From Auanema rhodensis (taxonomy: Eukaryota; Animalia; Nematoda), in the NCBI GenBank assembly GCA_964057225.1, contig OZ059898.1, positions 6,634,001-6,698,000 of the forward strand: a stretch of DNA of 64,000 nt. Reading direction: 5' to 3'. Shown piece by piece: positions 41,801-54,642 of the stretch; position 1 is the first letter of the stretch, and each line of letters opens with the position of its first letter. Under the pieces are notes generated by a model. The model was given only the letters and a program-made list of their open reading frames with translations, was not told the DNA's origin and did no database searches. The translations under genes and the position numbers were made by a program.

Positions 41801-44800
41801 TTCATTGTATCTTTCCTAGGTTTTAAATCAGCAAGGGGAACAAGGACAAGCTTATCATCCTCTGGTAACTTTATCCTCTTAGAATCCTTGAACAGAGATC
41901 TGAGGATTCTCACCCTACTCGTCAAAACTGTATGCGAAAAATCACTTCCTTTCGCTTTGGTTAAGATAAATACTAAAGAAATTATAAAATAAGAGAAGAG
42001 GAAATTGAGATTGCTACCTAAGTTTACACGGCGATCAGCATTTATTGAAGGTAATCCATTAATAGTTATACTAGCAGCACGAATACCTTCAGCCAAACGA
42101 ATTATCTGTAAAAGATGGATTATTTTTTTCCAATTTTTGAATTAGTTTACTCGGAACAGTTCCATATCAAATAGCCAATCATTACAAACCAAAACAGTCT
42201 GACATACTTGTAAAAGAAGTGCTATGATATCAATGCACTGAAATATATCAATGTTACACATAATTTAAAGATTCATACCTCAAGATTATTAGATAGTTCT
42301 AATCTTTCTTCCGATTTATAATTATGTCGTAATGCTTCTTCTAACATTGAAGAACAATTCGTTGCCTAAATATAGTTAATTGTTTATATAATAAACATAT
42401 TGAGTAACCTGACAATCTAGAAATATTGTTCTAGATTTTCCGACATAAGCGAACAATTTCATTGTTTGATATCTTGATGATTCAATTGCTTCTCTAGAAG
42501 CTGGTCGGAAAACATAGTATCTATATATTTTTTTGCATTCTATTCAAAACTCCTAAAAATTTCTTACCTGTACATATCTTGGGGATCATTACCACCTAAC
42601 ATACTTAAAATTGTTGATTTTCCTGCTCCTTGAGGACCAATCGCGCCTACGACATCAAAGTTTGTATTATCAGTCAAATATTCCTGAATTAATGATATAA
42701 CCATATATATATATATATATATATTTGAATAGTTTACGTTGAAAAACTCTTCAAAGCTCATAGAATCATTCAAAATCTTCTTAGCACTTGGCATTCCTTT
42801 TTCTTTAGTAGTAGGTGTGGGTGTTTCATTTGTAATAAACTTACGACCTTAAACAGTCTACATATTAATTTAAAACATATTAAAATCAACCATGATGTGA
42901 ATAAGCAGTTGAAGAACTCGGATTAGCTTCTCTTCCACCATAGCTTTCATGAGTAGTAACAACATCTTCTTTTTCCAGAATACTGTCATTTTCACGTGGT
43001 CTAGTTAAAAGCTGTAGTGCCCCTTTGCGTGATGCTAATTTTGGTGAAGTTAAATCTTCCTAAATTTTTACTTTAAAATGTTATTTAACAATACTATTAT
43101 GCTCACCCTCCTATGACTACTATGTCTTAAGGTTCGACTTCCTCCGGGAGGTCCATTCCATGACGATTCTCTACTTTTCATTCTTTAAAATAAACAAATG
43201 TTACTTGAATATAAATAAACAGAAAAATTATTCGAGATGCAAAGCTTTTTCGCTTTCAAAAGTTTAATAAGGAAACAAAAAAGTAGAAAATTCATTTATT
43301 GGATGTTGGGGGAGACGCCAGAGAAAAAATGAAGTCAGGGACGCAGAGTTAATATTATATGGGAGTAAAATAAATAAATAATTTTCATACGGGATAAAAA
43401 CGAGAATACTTGAAATTTTTATCAAATAATTTGGAAGTTAAAGAAAGACTTGCGTACTTAATATAGAGATGCATAATTATTTATAATTTACATATCACAA
43501 AGATCGGTTGATCTTAAAAAAATTGAAACACATACATGTGTAATCTGAATATTATTTAGCGCCGCGGGGAAACGGAACGAGCAGTAGAATTGCTGAGAAA
43601 TGGCCTAAAACTTCCTCAAAAAGAAGTATCTTCTAATTATTTGGCCAGGAAAGAGGGTACCGATGCTCATAGAATTTCCATACAATTACAATTAATCGAT
43701 TGTTTACAAACACTCAAAAGAACGGTAAGAATGCTGTTTTGAATAGTACGAATTTCATTTTCTGAAGCATGAAGCAGAATCTGTCATGGACAGTGCAATG
43801 GAACAATGGCGAGGCAAACCTGAAGAAGAAAAATTAATTCTTTTAAATGCTCAGTTGCAAGTAGCAAAGGGTGATCCCGATGGCGCTTTAGCTATACTGA
43901 GCAAGGTGAACTTTTTTTTGAGCAATCAGAATAATCTTTGAGTAATAGGTTCAACCAAATCAGCCAAATTATCAAAGTGCTCGAATAAAAATGGCTGAAA
44001 TATATTTAGATGAGAAAAAGGATAAACGCATGTTTACTATGTGTTATAGGTATAGTATTCTTATATTCTTAAAACATTTTTGTTTTTAAGAGAATTGATG
44101 AATTCTGTTCAAACCCCAAGCACTTTAACCCTGCTAGGTGATGCGTACATGAGCATTCAAGAAGTTTAAACAATTATTTTATTTACTATGAATTGTTTAT
44201 ATTATTTTTAGCCCGATAAGGCAATTGAAGTTTACGAAAAGGCTCTAAAACTATCAGGATCCAGAGATTTGGCTCTAACCGAAAAAATCGGAGAAGCTTA
44301 TGTGAATTGTCATCTTTTCTCAAAGGTTGCAATTATTTTATTTTATTATACTTCTTTAATTACATTTTCAATTTCTAGGCTGTAAATTTCTATGAATCTG
44401 CTATGAATTCCAATAAAGATAGTAAAATGAGATTGAAGTTGGCCGACCTTCTTCTAAAATTGGGTAATACTGAGAAATGTGAGCGTATACTCAAGCAGCC
44501 TCTTAATGATGATCCATCTCCTATTGGTAAGAATTTTTAATTACATATCTGTCCTTTAGTACGATTTATGTTCAATGCTATAATGCAAGCTTCTGTTTCT
44601 CACATCTCTTGAGAGTAAATTGAGCTTATTGCAGCTGAAATTTTGCCTAATTATAGAATTATGACGTGATTAAATATTCAGACCCTATGGTGATTTCGGC
44701 ACATGTTCAATACCTACAGCTGCTTTCTAGGCTTCACCTAGAAAATGGAAAAATAGCCGAAGCTTTAGAAGATCTTTATAAGTAATTGAGATGTTCGGGT

Positions 44801-47800
44801 TATTAAGTTAATGGTGTGATTTACAGTGCTAAACAACTACAGCTGAAGCTTATTCAACGTAATGTTTCTGATTCTCCTTCTAATACGTTGGCTAAAAAGG
44901 AGGTTGCCAAGTCTGTTCAATGAAAGTTCCATATTGTATTAAACAGCTCTAATTTAAGAATTGACTGTTTGATGGCTGAACTACGTATGACGCGTCGTGA
45001 AATGAAGGAAGCATTGGAATTATATAATGATGCTTTAGCATATGAGCCAACTAATCTAAAAGTAAGAGATACTGATTTTCAATAATACATTCTTCTCTTT
45101 TGATAATTATCTAACTTGACTACTTTAGGCTGTTCTAGCTATGGCAAATATACATTTGATATGTAATCGTTTAGCCAAATGTCAGGAATCATGTAAACAA
45201 GCTCTAGTAATGGATCGTCACAATGAACAAGCTATACTAGTGAGTTGTGCTAAATTAATGGGGAGGGGGTAAAGAGAAAATGTATACAATGTCAAGTGAA
45301 AGGAAGAGCGACACTATGGACTCAAGTACCAGCTTTAATTGGCTTCATAATAAGTATAATAGGTTTCATTGTGGGTTATAGACATACAATTGTTCCTATT
45401 TATTAGTGCAATTAGTATTATTTCACATGAAAGGTAGCCCCTTCTAGCGAATCAGATTAAGAAAATTCTAATATCAAATGAGATCTCTAGCATGTTTGAT
45501 TCAAAACTACCGTTAATAGCTGTTCGACTCATGCATTATATTTCACTAATACAGCTTAGCGACGGAAACATAATCAGAGATTAAGGCTCATGGGCCCATA
45601 TATGAAATGGGTTCACCTTTGCGCTTACGTGCAGCTGTAATTGTGATTAATCCTGAGGTTTCGGTTCATCACAAATCAATATAGTTGGTACGTTTCTTGA
45701 GCATCTGTTCCTATAATAATCCCATTGATTGTATGAATAGTGTGCTGCCGGTATGTTTTTTAAACCAATAGATCGATATTCACACATATATTAAATCTAT
45801 ATATAGTCGTATAGATAGATAGATATATGTAATATACTAAAATAGTCAGCCATGTGCTGCGCTTGATGTCCATATAAGCATTAATATAGCTTGTCATTAT
45901 ATTATTTCATGCGTAGATCTTCTCCTCTGAATTCCATGCTGAGCACTCGTAATTAAACAAGCTACATTACTCCTCATCTGTCAGTAATCTTCATTCAACA
46001 TGTAAATATATTTAATTAAGGCTATATAACGTAAAACATCATCATATTTCTAAATGCTTAGTATGATGCTTTTATCTTAATAATGCTATATATTTAGCTT
46101 AAATGAGCATCTGAAATTTGTATAACATATCCTTAAAGATTTATTTTGCATAGATAAAAAATGAGAAAAAAAAAACAATTAGGCTACAACAGCTATTAGC
46201 AATTCATTTATTGATTCTGCGCTTCCTTTTACTCAGAAAATAGATAAATACTACCTATTAATGATATTATGAAATATTACTTATAAAGTACACCTTTATT
46301 TAATAATTTTGAGAAATGTTTTCTATGTATACTAAAGAGAAAACCAGAACCAGTAGCTTGTTCACACTCAATACTCTTGGCCTGCTATGCTAAAGATGAT
46401 GGTTCAGTTGACAAATGGAATGGACGATTAAATTTGGTTGGAAACTTCCTTTCCTGTCTGAAGAAAGTTGTGTGAACTATTTAAGTTTTAAAAACTGAAA
46501 CAGCCTGAGCAGCATCAACAACTGCACAAGCAATTTTCTAGAACTCATAAACTCAAATGGTTCGAATCGATTTGCCATAGGGACAAGTGAATGAATATTA
46601 GATGGTCGTAGTCTAAACTGCAACAGCAGGCGCAATTGGAACAACAGAAACATCAGCCATTCACTAAATTCCATGTGGCAATAAAAAGTAAAAAAAGACG
46701 TTCAATTCGAATTTTCGACAGATATACTAATGGAATACTACAGACTCTTTTGGGTATGTGCTCTATCTAACACCAAGCATGACACTCACGACCGTTGAGA
46801 ACTTGAACTTCAACAATCGCGTATTGTGTCATAATTGGAGCTAGTGATTGGTGGAGAAATGGGAAGGCGGGAAACATATTTATATTTTGAAATAAAAGAA
46901 AAAGGGAAATTGATATTCTCCCGACGTTATGCATGACACAATCGAATCATCATGAACCAAGCGTATGATGGTTCGCTTTGTGTCATACACAAAATCCAGG
47001 AATCAATTAGTTAAACGTGGTAATATTATAACCAAAAAAAATAAAGCAAAGGTACAAAAAATTATTATTTAACGTTGTGTAGCAGCAAAATGTAAAACTT
47101 AATACTAGTCTAAAGCGTAGCAGCTTACGAATATATTCCATATGTCCGCTATATGGGCATAGAATAGTCAGGCAATGAACGGCATGCTAGAGCAGATGTG
47201 GATTTTTGAGGTCAACGAAGGAACAGATGCCTTGTCCGCAGCCCGTGGCACTGACAGAGAGAGAGTGAAGGGAAGGGTTGAGGGAATAAGAAACGAATAG
47301 AAAATGCAGAATTTAGCAGATGAACACCAACTGAATTTTCATAATGACTGACGAAGTATAATACTAGCTTTTTTGGAGAGGCTCAATAGGCGCCAAAACA
47401 GTGAATAGGTGCAGTGATCTACAGTGATCTTTGACCAAAATAACAGAATTATCAGTTCAAATACATAGTAACAAACTAATAAAAGAGCTGTTAAGAACTT
47501 TGTGGAATTAGAAGAATACATAATTACTGGGACTCGATCAACACATGCCGTGCACGACATAAAGGAAGCATCAGGTATTCAAATACTGATGCTTCGCTTT
47601 AGTGTCATAGACGGCATGGTGATTCGGACCAGTATTGTCGAATTACGGTGGAGGTAGAATGGGTCAGATGTAGCAATTTTTGAAAAGAGTGGGGTTAGGG
47701 CGGGTGGGGGGAAGTGATATTCACCGGACTTCGTGCACGACACAACCGAATCATCATAGCCTGTACGAATGATGGCTCGCTTTTGTGTCATATACGAAAT

Positions 47801-50800
47801 CAGGGAAAGATGATAAGTGGGATACTACTGGCCTTATTTTTTACGAAATGAATGATATGTAGAAACAGCCGCATGGGATGAAATATACACTAATGGAAAC
47901 AGGTGGAAGTAGAGCATAAGCGGAATAAGTAGTTGAATACTGAAGTAATACTGAAACAAGCAGAGTCCCCAAATGACTCTGGCATAGGCAGCATGACAGA
48001 GAGGCCGAGGAATCGAGGCACCTTATAGGAGCAATCGATCTCGCAGCAGGCGTTGGAGGCACAAGGGCCACACGCATACATAGACATACAGCTATACATA
48101 GGCATAGACACATGCTGGCTATTGAAACGGCCTTCGTGCAGCAGAATAAAAGCAGAATAAACTAATGAGAGTGGAAAAGAAAAGTATTAAGTAATAGCTT
48201 TCTGTTTCAGCATCATCATTAGAAATTCTAATTGTGAGGCTACTCATACAGTTGGCAGCAACATCAACTTAACTATTACATAATCATAAAGTTATCATAG
48301 CACCATACAACTATATGATATAAAACAAATTGCTCTCATCAGTAATATGATGATAGCTGTTGAGAATAGCTGCTACTCATTTGAACTGTAATCATCGTTT
48401 AAAGAGTAATTGTAGATCAAACATAGCAGAAAATTTTCAATTTTTTGATGTGTACTCGTAAAAAAAGATTAAATAAGAATAATGTTCATACTACAAAATG
48501 ATAAAATGAGGGTAGAAAAATGATTTTCCATTTTTTAATCATTTATTGGCCTTTATATAAGGAAAATACAGGTGTCGCTAACGTGTCGTGACATACAACA
48601 TACACATTTTGTTTTTATCAATATTCTCATGTACATCTGAATCTGCATAGGCGCCGTTGTGATCGCCTTTGTGTATATATGCGCATGTTGCATGTTGTTG
48701 TGACGTTGCTTGCGTGTCTGTATGTATATGTGCGGGTGATCAGTGAAAAGAACGATAGGGCGGGCGCAAACGGCTAACGACATGCCTTATATAGCAGGCA
48801 TATATGGGCGGAGCGAGTAGTGCAGATTAGGAGGCCGGCCATGTGTCAGAGATAGGCAGTAGTGCATGACATAAGAGAGATGGATCTAGAGAAATCAGAG
48901 ACATGGAGATGAAAGAGAGAATACGAATGAGAGGATATAAAGAAGAAGAACGAGAAAGAGAATGCGAAAGACTGCATGGCAACTGGAGACTGGAGACTGC
49001 CGCTGGCAGTATTGGTCCTGATGCTGACGAGCTGCCCGGTATGGCTCTCTCTGTGGCTCTCTCCAATTTGCAGTTTCTCTCAACATCTCTCAACTTAACA
49101 AGCCGATCGGCTCTCTTGTGTCCGCCCTCAACTGCCCCTCAGCACGATGGCAGGTTTTGAGCTTGTGAAGAGACTCAACTCAAAGTTTAACTAGTATTAC
49201 TAGCTACGGCTTCATAGAATGAGTTTGGGCTACTAGATCTTGGAAAGAGGGCGTAGACTGACCCAGCGAAGTGATTGGGCATAATACATATATCCTGAAG
49301 TTATTGAGAAGTTAGAAGAAACAGGTCAAATTCTCAAGTTAAAGACATTGAGCTGCTAAAGGGGTATGAGAAAAATGTGGAGAAAAAGAAATATATACGT
49401 ATATATGGAATGAAATATATTAATTTAAATGGAAAATTTTGTATAAATTAGAAGAAGTAATAAATCAATCAATGGAGAACTCCAGAATAATTTTTTTTTC
49501 AGATGATGGCTGATTTATTATATCTTCAAAATAATGTTGATGGAGCTATGGTTCATTTTGTCAATTTATTAGATAAATGTCCAAGTTAGATAATTATATT
49601 TCTACTGATTTTCAAAAATTATTTTAATTTAATTTTCAGATCATTATCATGCCTTAGCTCGATATATAGAACTTGCATGGAGAAACGGGCATGTAGAGCA
49701 GGTTTGTATAAAATGAAATGTGTGACGTAGTATATACCTGAATTTTAAAGGTCGAGAAACAGCTTAAAAGGGCTTTGGAGCATAATCCGAGAGCTGCAGT
49801 CGATTCAGGATACAACTATTGCCGTGCGCTTCATCAATGGTGAGTGGATTGCTATTTGAGGGGGAGGGATGAAAGGATGTTGGTGTTTCTAATAGGGATA
49901 TACGAATAGGGTAACCATAGATGTATCTTTATAAATGAGGAGAAAAGAGTGAAAAACGAGTAATGAATAGGAATATACATAGAAGATGAAGAGTAAAGAG
50001 GAACAAAAAGATGAATTTGTTCATCTTTATTCAAATGCAAGTTATAGGTACTCTGGAGAAACTAATTCAGCTCTGCAATCTTTCAATCGAGCTCGAAAAG
50101 ATTCTGAATGGGGAGAGAAGTCAATCTGCAATATGATCGAAATATGTTTAAATCCTGACAACGAAGTTCAAGGAGGAGAAACTATGGATTATGAAGATGG
50201 GTAAGCTATATATAACCTGTGGACAGTTGATTGTCTATAAGATTCAATAGAAATTGCAAGTTTTAGCAAAAGAATACATTATTGTAGTTTGTAAGAAATA
50301 GAAGAAGAATGAGAATAAAACGAAGAAGAGTGAGAGAGAAAAGAAAAAAACGTTCTTTTCCTCTTTTTTTTTTTGATGGAAAAAGCGAAAGAGTTGTATT
50401 TGAGACCATATGTGATGTCTTTGTTCAATCGAATAAAACATAAACAATCACTTTGACTGTTATACTTTATTCAACATTCTGCTTATTTTCAATTTTTTTT
50501 GATCAAACGCGTTGTTCTCTATAATGTTTGTGTGTGGACTTGATCAAAATTTTCTATTTTTAGAGATCAGGCTGATCGTGAAGTTGGAGTTAAAACAGCA
50601 GAAAGATTTCTTAATGTAAGTTTATTTTGAAATAAAAGAGATATTTGTTTTGAGATTTATTATTAAATGAAAACATCAAAGTATATGAGATATGATGATA
50701 AAAAGCAAATTTTTTGATTGAAAGAGAATGTAACACGATCTATTGCATATGGAGAAATTATAAACTACAGAGCTATGAAAGAATAAAAGAAAGAATGAAA

Positions 50801-53088
50801 GAAACTTATACTGTAATTATACAAATTATATTTGATATTATACCTTGTAGGAGCTACGATTAAAAGGCCAAAGCACAGAAAATAGATATCAGTTGATGGA
50901 AAATTTCATTATGGTATGTAGTCGTGATCGAAACAAGGTACAACTGGCTTTACAAAATCTTTTAACAATGGTTGGACCTGATTCAGTGAGTTTGTTATAT
51001 TTGATTCAAAATATTGTTAATACAACTTTTAGGATGATATATCACGAAAAATAAAAAGCGCTGCTGGTGATTTAGAAGGAAAACAAGTAAGAGATTTAAT
51101 GACAAATTTTCTGAATTAAAGAAATATTATAAAAGTAAAAAATATATAATATATATATATTTATATTTATAAAGTTGGCTTGGTTAAGAGGTACTACAGC
51201 ATACAATAATTCTGCTCCCGATATTGACTGACCTATAGGGGTCACTGTAAAATTGCTATCAGCAAGATAATAGGATCAACAGCAGTACATACCTTCGTAC
51301 ACAATAACACATAAAGCAATAGAAAAGAATATAAAAGAAAGAAAAAAAAGAAGGGAAAATCTAATTATTCTTTCGATATATGAAGATTTTATATAAAAAT
51401 TATGAAATTTCTTGCGATAAATTTATATGAATGTATGAGATTTCATAATTCATTTTCATGTGTTCTCAATCATATTCTCTTGATCTATATCATATAATAT
51501 AAAAGAAAAGAGAGATTAGACAGGATAAAAGATATATATCAATGAGAATAATATAAATAAAAATTTAAAAAAGAGAATAGAAATTTTGATTTTATAAGCT
51601 ATATTATAAGAAAATATTATAGGATACACCTGTAGATTCTGTTGGAGCAGTACTTGGGGTTGCACGAGCATATATGCTACAGAAAAATATTCAAAAAGCT
51701 AAACAAATTCTAAAAAGAGTTGTTAATTATCCATGGTCATTAGAAGATGCTGATTATTTGGAAAAATGTAAGTTTTTCTTATTATTAATTAATTAAAAAG
51801 AAGAAGAAGAAGATGAAATAATTTTTAAATGAAATAGAATAGTAAAAAGAGAATGAATATATAGATTAGACCTTTATATATGAGAATAATTCTTTATACA
51901 GATATATATAGTTAAATAAGATTTTTCTTCAAAATAATAAAAAGAAATAGATAAAGAACATCATAAATGAAATAATAATATTAAAAACATATCATGTTCT
52001 TCTTTTTTTTTCATAAATTTTAATAGTAATCATAGTTAGCAGATTGAGAATAAGTACATTATTATCGTTTCTCATTTAAGATAATTCTCGAAATTCTATA
52101 GTAAAAGCTTAATTAGTTGGAATGTGACCTTAAGACAGAAATATAGGATCAAAGTTAAGCTAATGGGTAATGATAGTACAAGAAGACATTGAGCTTTTGT
52201 TCCTTTATCGTTCTCTTTGCAACGTATGCTTTCCTTTTGAAATAAAAAAAAAGGACAAATAAGATCTTCTTTTCAACGATATGAACAGGAAGAACCTGTT
52301 GTAGTGTATTCTCACCTATGGTGGGCAATGAGAAATAGGAACATCTCGTTTTTTTATGGAACAACGTTCAATAAAAAAGGACGGATGTATCTATTAAATG
52401 AAATAAATATAATAAGGAAGTACTCAAAAATACTTAAAGCTTAAGCTGTTTTAACATTCATTTATTTATTTTATTAATAATTGCTATAGTTAGTATAGTT
52501 AATATTAGTTATATTATTAATTGATAGAAATATTAATTTAATTCATAATCCTCTTATAAAAAATTTCTTCAATACTAATAATAGATTCTCAAAATCATTA
52601 TAGACTTCTGATTCCTTTCAATTTTTTTTGTTTTAAATTCAATTTGCGCCTATGTGAGCCTTGATATGTTTGGTTGTTAGGAGTTAATGGCTCTCTCAGT
52701 GAATACATGTGGTGATTAGATTCAAATATGGATTGTAGGAAGAAATTACTCAAAGAAAGAGGAGGGGATGGCGAAAGAGAAAAAAGAAGATTGAGGAGAA
52801 GGTAAAATTAAAACAAACGAAGAACAGATCGATTAGAGGAGCCTTTAGGGTAGATTTCGAAAACAAGTACAAGAGAAAGGAATACTAATCATGTAAAGTT
52901 GTGATAGAATATTTGAATGATCTAAGCAATTATAAAAAGAAATATCCAGTTCAAATATTTGAAATTTTAGCATTTTCATGCGTGGAAGTAGCTGGCATTA
53001 ATAGTGATAGGATGTTATCAAATGAATTGTTCTGTTGTATTGGGCAAGCGTATCGTTTTATCAGTTTTCTCGACTAAATAGAGAAATC

Positions 53089-53124
<36 letters not shown>

Positions 53125-54583
53125 AAGAGAGGTTACCGGGTGTTGCGAAAAGGATGGAAACAAAATCTACCTTCTTATCGTTCATTTTTATATCTCTTAC
53201 CTATTTCTACCTCAAATTTGACTATCTTTATATTTTTAATAATTTGTTTTATTAAATAATATCTATAACTATATATTATAATAATATCTTCAAATATTTC
53301 TTTTTAATTTTATACAAAAGAAAAACAGTGTAAATATTGTTCAACGACAAAAAGCTCTTATTCGAAAACTCCTCCCAACTTTTTGACTAAGCATTCACAC
53401 ACTTTTCTAGTTCCCAAAAGTTCTTGCCACTCTTCTGGATAGCTTTGCATTTTCGGGATTGAGAGCCCGCCGAGCACTTAGCTTTTCAGCTCTAGCGTGC
53501 GAAAATTTTAATTTATACCAAAGTTAAAATGTAGAAATTTGCTTGCTTCAATAGCATATTCATGAATAGCAATAACTAAAATTATATTTTATTTTCTATT
53601 TCCTTTATTATTCTTCTGATTCACTTGTATTCATCTTCAAGATATGACACTTATGCAATTAAAGATCTTATGAATATGATCTTATTGCAAAGTGTTATGT
53701 CTTGCAGTTGATATACATACATACAGTATATACTATATTCATTTTAATATTTAATTTTAAATTATTTTATATAAATTTCTTTGAAAAAAAAAAGAAAAAG
53801 AAGAAGAAGAAATCAATTGAAAGTAATGTGATGAGCTTGAATTCAGTTTGAAATGCTTGGCATTTGTCCTATGTGAGTGTGAGTGTGTGTGTGATGCATT
53901 ATGAAAACAATCTAAACGAATCACAAAATGCTTTCTATTGCAAAAAAAAAAATGAAGTCAAGTTCAATTATTGATTCAAAGAAAAGATGTGCGGTCACTA
54001 AAGCAGCTGTTCTATAGAATAGTAAGAGATATTTAGATAGATATAGCATTAAAGCGATAGAGAGAAATATTAGAAAGAACTTGTAATATAGATTGAAATG
54101 TTAAAAATTGTAGAAATTTGATTTTAGAATACAACAACATGTATTGATTTCTATTTGTTGTTGTTGTTATTATTATTTTTTTATTTTTCAATCAAAAACT
54201 AAAAATAAAGATGAGATAGAATAAAGAAATAAAAGGCTTAAAATCATATAAAATGATAAATGTTTATAAAGATTATAATTATATTTATTAAAACACAAAT
54301 GATTAAGAAGATATGTGAAAAGAAAAATATGATGGTTTGTAGTTAAACATTGTTGTATTATGCTCTTCTTTTCGTTGGTAATATCTAAACTAGAAAGAAA
54401 GAACTAACAGCTGTTACGATGATGATGGTTGATGCTTCATCCTCCTTTTCAATGTTTTGCCTATTGTAAGATTCATAAAGATAAAATCATTTTTATAGAA
54501 AATTAAATGATACACTTAGTTTACTTTTATTTTTTTAAAAAGGTGTCTCTCTCTCTCTCTCTCTCTCTCATAGCCTCTCTCTC

Positions 54584-54642
<59 letters not shown>

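Noticed and set aside
46559-46569. GGTTCGAATCG, tRNA B-box-like
   Set aside because: No A-box, acceptor stem or cloverleaf.
47339-49160. Several short ORFs in the ORF track within the ift-139 intron
   Set aside because: Low-complexity translations without motifs or splice structure; better explained as pri-miRNA and promoter sequence.
52662-52712. TGATATGTTTGG, mir-50/190-like seed
   Set aside because: Pairing with the putative 3' arm is weak and fragmented.
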